Origin: Thermomicrobiales bacterium
Lineage (GTDB): Bacteria > Chloroflexota > Chloroflexia > Thermomicrobiales > UBA6265
Assembly: GCA_025928015.1 (NCBI GenBank)
Contig: JAICKJ010000002.1
Coordinates: 1-36,906, forward strand
Length of the DNA stretch: 36,906 nt
Reading direction: 5' to 3'
Below the pieces are notes generated by a model. It saw only the letters and a list, made by a program, of their open reading frames with translations. It did no database searches and had not been told where the DNA came from. Positions 33,412 through 36,906 of this stretch are shown here, one piece after another. The first letter of the stretch is position 1, and every line of letters begins with the position of its first letter. Both the position numbers and the translations under genes were made by a program.

Positions 33412-34005
33412 TCAGAACTTGTACGGCACAGCGTCTTTGGGCGTGTACTCGTGCCGTTCGATCTTGCCGTTTGGATTCGTGTCGACCGTCACGTTCCCCT
33501 TGTCGTCGACGGTGAGGGGGAAGCGATCGAGCGCGCGGGGAGCGGGACCGGCGATGCGCGTGCCGTTATAGAGGTAAACCGAGCCGTGGCAGGGGCAGTG
33601 GAAGTGGTGCTCACCTTCGATCCATGGCACCGTGCAGCCCAGGTGGACGCATTTCCAGTAGAGCGCTTCGAGACCGTCCTCGGTGTGAACGATGAAGAAC
33701 TTGCCCGGGATGTCCCGGAACGGCGTCGCGTTCACTTTGGGGATGGACAATGCCGGCACGGTGATCTTGCCGCCGAACGCGCCGGTCTTCTTCGGCCAGA
33801 GCAGGAAGACGAAGCCGCCGGTGATCTCCGCGACCACGATCCCGACCGCGCCGAGGGTGGCGTTGCGTGTGAAAGCCCGTCGGGTCTGGAGCTTCTTCGG
33901 CTTCGGCCCCGGTACGCCGGCCTGCAGGCGCGAGAGCAGGCCGAACGCGCGGGATGCGGCCCATCCCCCCGCTACACCGGCGATCGTTTTGGCTAACGGT
34001 GTCAT
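33412..34005 (-). CDS. Rieske [2Fe-2S] subunit of cytochrome bc/b6 complex
   Basis: Cluster boxes CVHLGCTV and CPCHGSVY. Twin-arginine motif TRRAFTRNATLGAVGIVV ahead of the TM helix. Confidence 0.9.
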   Translation of the reverse strand: MTPLAKTIAGVAGGWAASRAFGLLSRLQAGVPGPKPKKLQTRRAFTRNATLGAVGIVVAEITGGFVFLLWPKKTGAFGGKITVPALSIPKVNATPFRDIPGKFFIVHTEDGLEALYWKCVHLGCTVPWIEGEHHFHCPCHGSVYLYNGTRIAGPAPRALDRFPLTVDDKGNVTVDTNPNGKIERHEYTPKDAVPYKF

Positions 34006-34071
34006 ATCGGTCGATTTCCCCAGTTGCTTGGCCGGGCCCGGCGAGCTTGGCTCGCCGGGCCCGGCGCGAGA

Positions 34072-34869
34072 TTATCCGTGCGTCAGCGGCAGGTTCCAGG
34101 GCCAGGTCAAATCCTGTCCGTGGCCGCGGAACGACGTGCCGAACATCGTCAATACCCAATACGTGACGAAGAAGCCGGTGAAGAGCGCGATGATGATCTC
34201 GCGCCGCGTCGGCCGGAAGATGGCCTTCACGATGCCGACCAGGATGAAGATCGGGATCAGCATGATGATCGTCGAGAGGATGACGCCGGTCATGAACTCG
34301 GTGGCGCCCCAGTGGTCCATCATGTAGCTGCCGATGCCGAACTGGGTGCCGCGTCCGATCTTCTCATCGACCAGGATCATGCCGACGACTACGACGATCG
34401 AGTAGACCGTCGCGAAGGCGATGATCCGGCGGCCTTTCGAGGAGGTGCCGAGGATGCCGACGCCGAGCGGACTGCGGTCGAAGTAGGGAATCGCGGCGAT
34501 CGCGACCAGCGCGACCGTTGGCACGATCACGCCGGCGAGGCCGGCGTCCATGTGCAGCAGCAGCTCCTGCAGATTCAAGAAGTACCAGGGCGCCTTGGAC
34601 GGGTTCGGTGTCTGGTTCGGGTTGGCGCGGTCCAGCAACGGTCCGTTGACCAGGACTGACAGGGCGAAGAGGATCGCCGTGAAGACGACCGCGCTGACGG
34701 CCTCAACCACGACCAGCGACGGCCAGACCATGACCTCGTCTTCGGCGAGGTCGGTCGGGCGAGCCAGGGCCCGGCCGCGGACCAGTTCCAGCAGCTTTTG
34801 CCGCTTGGCCTCATCAATGCTTCCGGGCGTCGGTGCCGGTAGTCCCGGCCGCTCCGCGAGTTCTGCCAT
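34072..34869 (-). CDS. cytochrome b C-terminal-domain protein (b6f subunit IV-like), extended form
   Basis: KAPWYFLNLQELL corresponds to the PEWYF quinol-site motif. 265 aa with extra N-terminal residues and additional C-terminal TM helices. GGGAGGA RBS. Confidence 0.85.
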   Translation of the reverse strand: MAELAERPGLPAPTPGSIDEAKRQKLLELVRGRALARPTDLAEDEVMVWPSLVVVEAVSAVVFTAILFALSVLVNGPLLDRANPNQTPNPSKAPWYFLNLQELLLHMDAGLAGVIVPTVALVAIAAIPYFDRSPLGVGILGTSSKGRRIIAFATVYSIVVVVGMILVDEKIGRGTQFGIGSYMMDHWGATEFMTGVILSTIIMLIPIFILVGIVKAIFRPTRREIIIALFTGFFVTYWVLTMFGTSFRGHGQDLTWPWNLPLTHG

Positions 34870-34921
34870 CGTTCACATCCTCCCAGGCGTGCGTATCGCT
34901 CGTGTTCCGGGCCGGTTCAGC

Positions 34922-35650
34922 CTACAGCGGACCGGAGATGCCGCCATCCTTGCGGATGCGCCAGAAGTGCACGGCCATCAGGAAGGCCGCGGCGAGCGGC
35001 AGGAAGATCACATGCAGGGTGTAGAACCGGATGAGCGTGCTCTGCGCGATCTGGAAGTCGCCGAGCAGGATCTTGTTAACCTGCGGGCCGATGATCGGCG
35101 CCGCGCCACCGATGTTCGTGCCGACGGTGATCGCCCAGTAGGCGAGCTGGTCCCACGGCAGCAGATAGCCGCTGAACGAGAGGAGGAAGGTGACGACCAG
35201 CAGCAGCACGCCGACGACCCAGTTGAATTCGCGTGGTGGTTTGTACGAGCCGGTGTAGAAGACCCGGGCCATGTGCAGGAAAACGGAAATGACCATCCCC
35301 TGCGCGGCCCAGCGGTGCATGTTGCGCATCAACTGGCCGAAGGTGACGCTCGACTGGATATCGAGCATCGACTGGTAGGCCTGGGTCGAGGACGGGATGT
35401 AATAGAACATCAGCAGGATGCCCGTCATTGTCAGGACCAGGAACATGAAGAACGAGAGGCCGCCGAGGCAGAAGGTGTAGGTCACCTTCGTGGCGTACCG
35501 CTTGATCTTGACCGGGTGAATGTGCAGGAAAACGTTGCTGGCGATGATCAGCGCCTGATTGCGCTGGGTGTCGGGATACCCATGCCTCACGAACGATCGC
35601 CACAACGCTGAGCCGGTGATCCTGTCGGCTAGCGTCTGCTCGCGCCTCAT
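34922..35650 (-). CDS. cytochrome b6-like (N-terminal four-helix) subunit
   Basis: Starts at MRREQTLADRITGS with a GGAGGAGGAAAGGC RBS. Bis-His haem ligand pairs lie in MHRWAAQGMVISVFLHMARVF and FYTLHVIFLPLAAAFLMAVHF. TFCLGGLSF matches the b6-type Cys that binds haem ci. The ORF-track start at 35848 is an extension. Confidence 0.9.
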   Translation of the reverse strand: MRREQTLADRITGSALWRSFVRHGYPDTQRNQALIIASNVFLHIHPVKIKRYATKVTYTFCLGGLSFFMFLVLTMTGILLMFYYIPSSTQAYQSMLDIQSSVTFGQLMRNMHRWAAQGMVISVFLHMARVFYTGSYKPPREFNWVVGVLLLVVTFLLSFSGYLLPWDQLAYWAITVGTNIGGAAPIIGPQVNKILLGDFQIAQSTLIRFYTLHVIFLPLAAAFLMAVHFWRIRKDGGISGPL

Positions 35651-35808
35651 GCCTTTCCTCCTCCGAACATTTCCAACCCCGTGCCGGACGCGGTGAGGGG
35701 GGTCTACCGAACCTCTGAGACTGCGTCGCGGATGGCAGGTGTCGGATGTCACCGACCAAAGCAAAATGGTCGCGGGCGTGCTCCACCGCGGTCGTTTCTT
35801 CTCGGCGT

Positions 35809-35838
35809 ATTGTCGAATGCTGGTTTCGGGTCGGTCAA
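35809..35838 (-). promoter_or_regulatory. promoter candidate for the bc operon
   Basis: The minus strand reads TTGACC (35833-35838), 18-nt spacer, GACAAT (35809-35814). This implies a leader of about 150 nt. Confidence 0.3.
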
Positions 35839-35917
35839 GGTGCGGCACCCGTCGATATTGTTTCCGAGTACCGCACCCGTGCCTCGCACCAACTGGAACA
35901 TGGGTGCGCGGGGCACG

Positions 35918-35951
35918 AAAAAAGGCGAGGAGCCGAGTGGCTCCTCGCCTT
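35918..35951 (-). terminator. rho-independent terminator downstream of tRNA-Val
   Basis: The minus strand reads AAGGCGAGGAGCC-actc-GGCTCCTCGCCTT followed by TTTTCG. That is a 13-bp perfect stem, a 4-nt loop and a T-run. It begins 8 nt after the tRNA 3' end. Confidence 0.75.
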
Positions 35952-35958
35952 GAACCGG

Positions 35959-36032
35959 TGGGCGCGACAGGACTTGAACCTGTGACCTCGCGGATGTGAA
36001 CCGCGCGCTCTGGCCGGCTGAGCTACGCGCCC
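35959..36032 (-). tRNA. tRNA-Val (anticodon CAC)
   Basis: Minus strand: GGGCGCGTAGCTCAGCCGGCCAGAGCGCGCGGTTCACATCCGCGAGGTCACAGGTTCAAGTCCTGTCGCGCCCA. 7-bp acceptor stem GGGCGCG/CGCGCCC, D-loop AGCTCAGCCGG, anticodon stem CGCGG/CCGCG with loop TTCACAT, and T-arm ACAGG-TTCAAGT-CCTGT. No encoded CCA. Confidence 0.9.
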
Positions 36033-36049
36033 CCGCTCGCCGTGCGACG

Positions 36050-36079
36050 AGTATACAGGGCGCGCTTTTGGCCCGCCAA
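36050..36079 (-). promoter_or_regulatory. promoter candidate for tRNA-Val
   Basis: The minus strand reads TTGGCG (36074-36079), 18-nt spacer, TATACT (36050-36055). The predicted start lies about 11 nt upstream of the mature tRNA 5' end. Confidence 0.45.
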
Positions 36080-36089
36080 CCGCCGGGGC

Positions 36090-36479
36090 TCAGGCAGTCA
36101 GCGCGACGCACTCCACCTCGACGCGGACGCCCATCGGCAGCTTCGCAACCTGGACCGTGCTGCGAGCTGGCGGCGCGTCGCCGGTGAAGAAGCCGCCGTA
36201 GACGTCATTGAACGAGGCGAAGTCGTTGAGGTCGGCGAGGAAGCAAGTGGTCTTGATCACCCGGTCGAGTGAGCTGCCCGCCGCTTCCAGCACGGCCCGC
36301 AGGTTGATCATGACCTGCTTCGCCTGGTCCTGAATCGTGTCGCCCGCGATTTGCTTGGTCGTCGGGTCGATCGGGATTTGACCCGAGGTGAAGACCATGC
36401 CCGGGATCTTGATCGCCTGGGCGTAGGGGCCGATGGCCGCCGGCGCCCGGTCGGTGGATACGGCCTGTTTGGCTGTCAC
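36090..36479 (-). CDS. ridA: RidA / YjgF / L-PSP family reactive-intermediate deaminase
   Basis: APAAIGPYAQAIKIPGMVFTSGQIPIDP ... TTCFLADLNDFASFNDVY ... PARSTVQVAKLPMGVRVEVECVA is the canonical RidA pattern. 129 aa. Confidence 0.9.
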   Translation of the reverse strand: MTAKQAVSTDRAPAAIGPYAQAIKIPGMVFTSGQIPIDPTTKQIAGDTIQDQAKQVMINLRAVLEAAGSSLDRVIKTTCFLADLNDFASFNDVYGGFFTGDAPPARSTVQVAKLPMGVRVEVECVALTA

Positions 36480-36787
36480 GATCGGTTGCTCCTTCCCGCA
36501 ATCGAACGCACGCCGCTCGGCGTGCCTGCTGCCCCGAGTCTACCCGGGAAATCGGGGTTCTGGATCGGCTTTGAGTCCGGTTGCTCGGGAATGGGCGAGA
36601 TCGGCGCTCTCATCGCGATCGGCCGATAACCGCGGTCACGTGACGTAACATGCAGAGGCCGATCGCATCGTATATAATGTAGGAGCACGCTCGTCAGGGG
36701 CACTGTACGAGCTTCGCCCACGGTCGCCGAGGCGGCTGGCGGTGAGGCGCGCTCAGCGTTTCCGAGAACATCCGCCCGTTTTGGGCC

Positions 36788-36816
36788 TTGACGGGGTGGG
36801 GCCGGGTGGCTAGACT
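36788..36816 (+). promoter_or_regulatory. sigma-70-like promoter candidate facing the window edge
   Basis: TTGACG (36788-36793), 17-nt spacer, TAGACT (36811-36816). It is followed by about 90 nt of very G-rich sequence with no ORF start that I can support. Confidence 0.4.
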
Positions 36817-36906
36817 AGCGTGGTGCCCGGGGGCGCGGGGAGCGCGGACCGGGGGGTGTGGCTGACGGGGAGCGGCGGGAGCGTCCCATCCGGTGGGTGG
36901 GGCGAT

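Noticed and set aside
32443-33996. 517-aa plus-strand ORF across the bc operon
   Set aside because: It is antisense to the cytochrome c-cupredoxin and Rieske genes, which carry unambiguous cofactor motifs. Its translation is dominated by Arg/Asp/Val/Gly runs.
36476-36721. 81-aa minus-strand ORF upstream of ridA
   Set aside because: It overlaps the ridA start region and the AT-rich promoter-like island. It has no RBS and a Pro/Arg/Ser-rich composition.
1-36906. CRISPR arrays, insertion sequences, integrases, prophage or toxin-antitoxin/defence genes
   Set aside because: I found no regularly spaced direct repeats and no ORF with transposase, integrase, nuclease or defence-type motifs. The only mobile-looking sequences are the short non-autonomous repeats reported above.

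Overview
High-GC (roughly two-thirds G+C by eye, not computed), gene-dense chromosomal segment. I call 37 protein-coding genes and one tRNA. There is no rRNA, CRISPR array, transposase, integrase or phage gene. The split cytochrome b, the Tat-type Rieske protein and the repeat content suggest a Chloroflexota/Thermomicrobia-like organism, but that is only a guess.

Gene content, left to right:
- 1-7869: acyl-CoA / electron-transfer-flavoprotein block. It holds a thiolase 3' end, a gamma-CA-like hexapeptide protein, enoyl-CoA hydratase, etfB, etfA, a DinB-family protein, a FixC-type ETF oxidoreductase, a VOC/glyoxalase protein and a P5C-dehydrogenase-like ALDH.
- 8288-10737: an exported hypothetical protein and a Tat-signal alpha/beta hydrolase.
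- 11122-14992: a three-gene unit of membrane protein, signal-less multicopper oxidase and a cysteine-free receiver/thioredoxin-reductase-like flavoprotein.
- 15153-18129: a class I/II aminotransferase and pckA.
- 18130-20375: a HIT (Ap4A-phosphorylase-like) protein with an unassigned C-terminal domain, translationally coupled to an MFS-like transporter.
- 20574-22743: a polyprenyl glycosylphosphotransferase and a Wzz-like protein.
- 22658-28427: a tightly coupled hisG-C-B-H-A-F-IE operon without hisD.
- 28557-32084: DUF983, comM/yifB, and a zinc-ribbon protein coupled to an FTCD_C cyclodeaminase-like protein.
- 32209-35650: a b6-type cytochrome bc operon whose c-type subunit is fused to a cupredoxin.
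- 35959-36479: tRNA-Val(CAC) and ridA.

I see no obvious defence or mobile island. The candidates most worth follow-up are:
- the cytochrome c-cupredoxin fusion in the bc operon;
- the membrane protein / leaderless MCO / Cys-free receiver-flavoprotein operon;
- the HIT-plus-unknown-domain protein coupled to a transporter;
- two families of structured intergenic repeats, one of which splits etfB from etfA;
- a 32-bp perfect palindrome next to a recurring CATGGTACA promoter-like motif.

All functional calls come from motifs read by eye. No database search was run.
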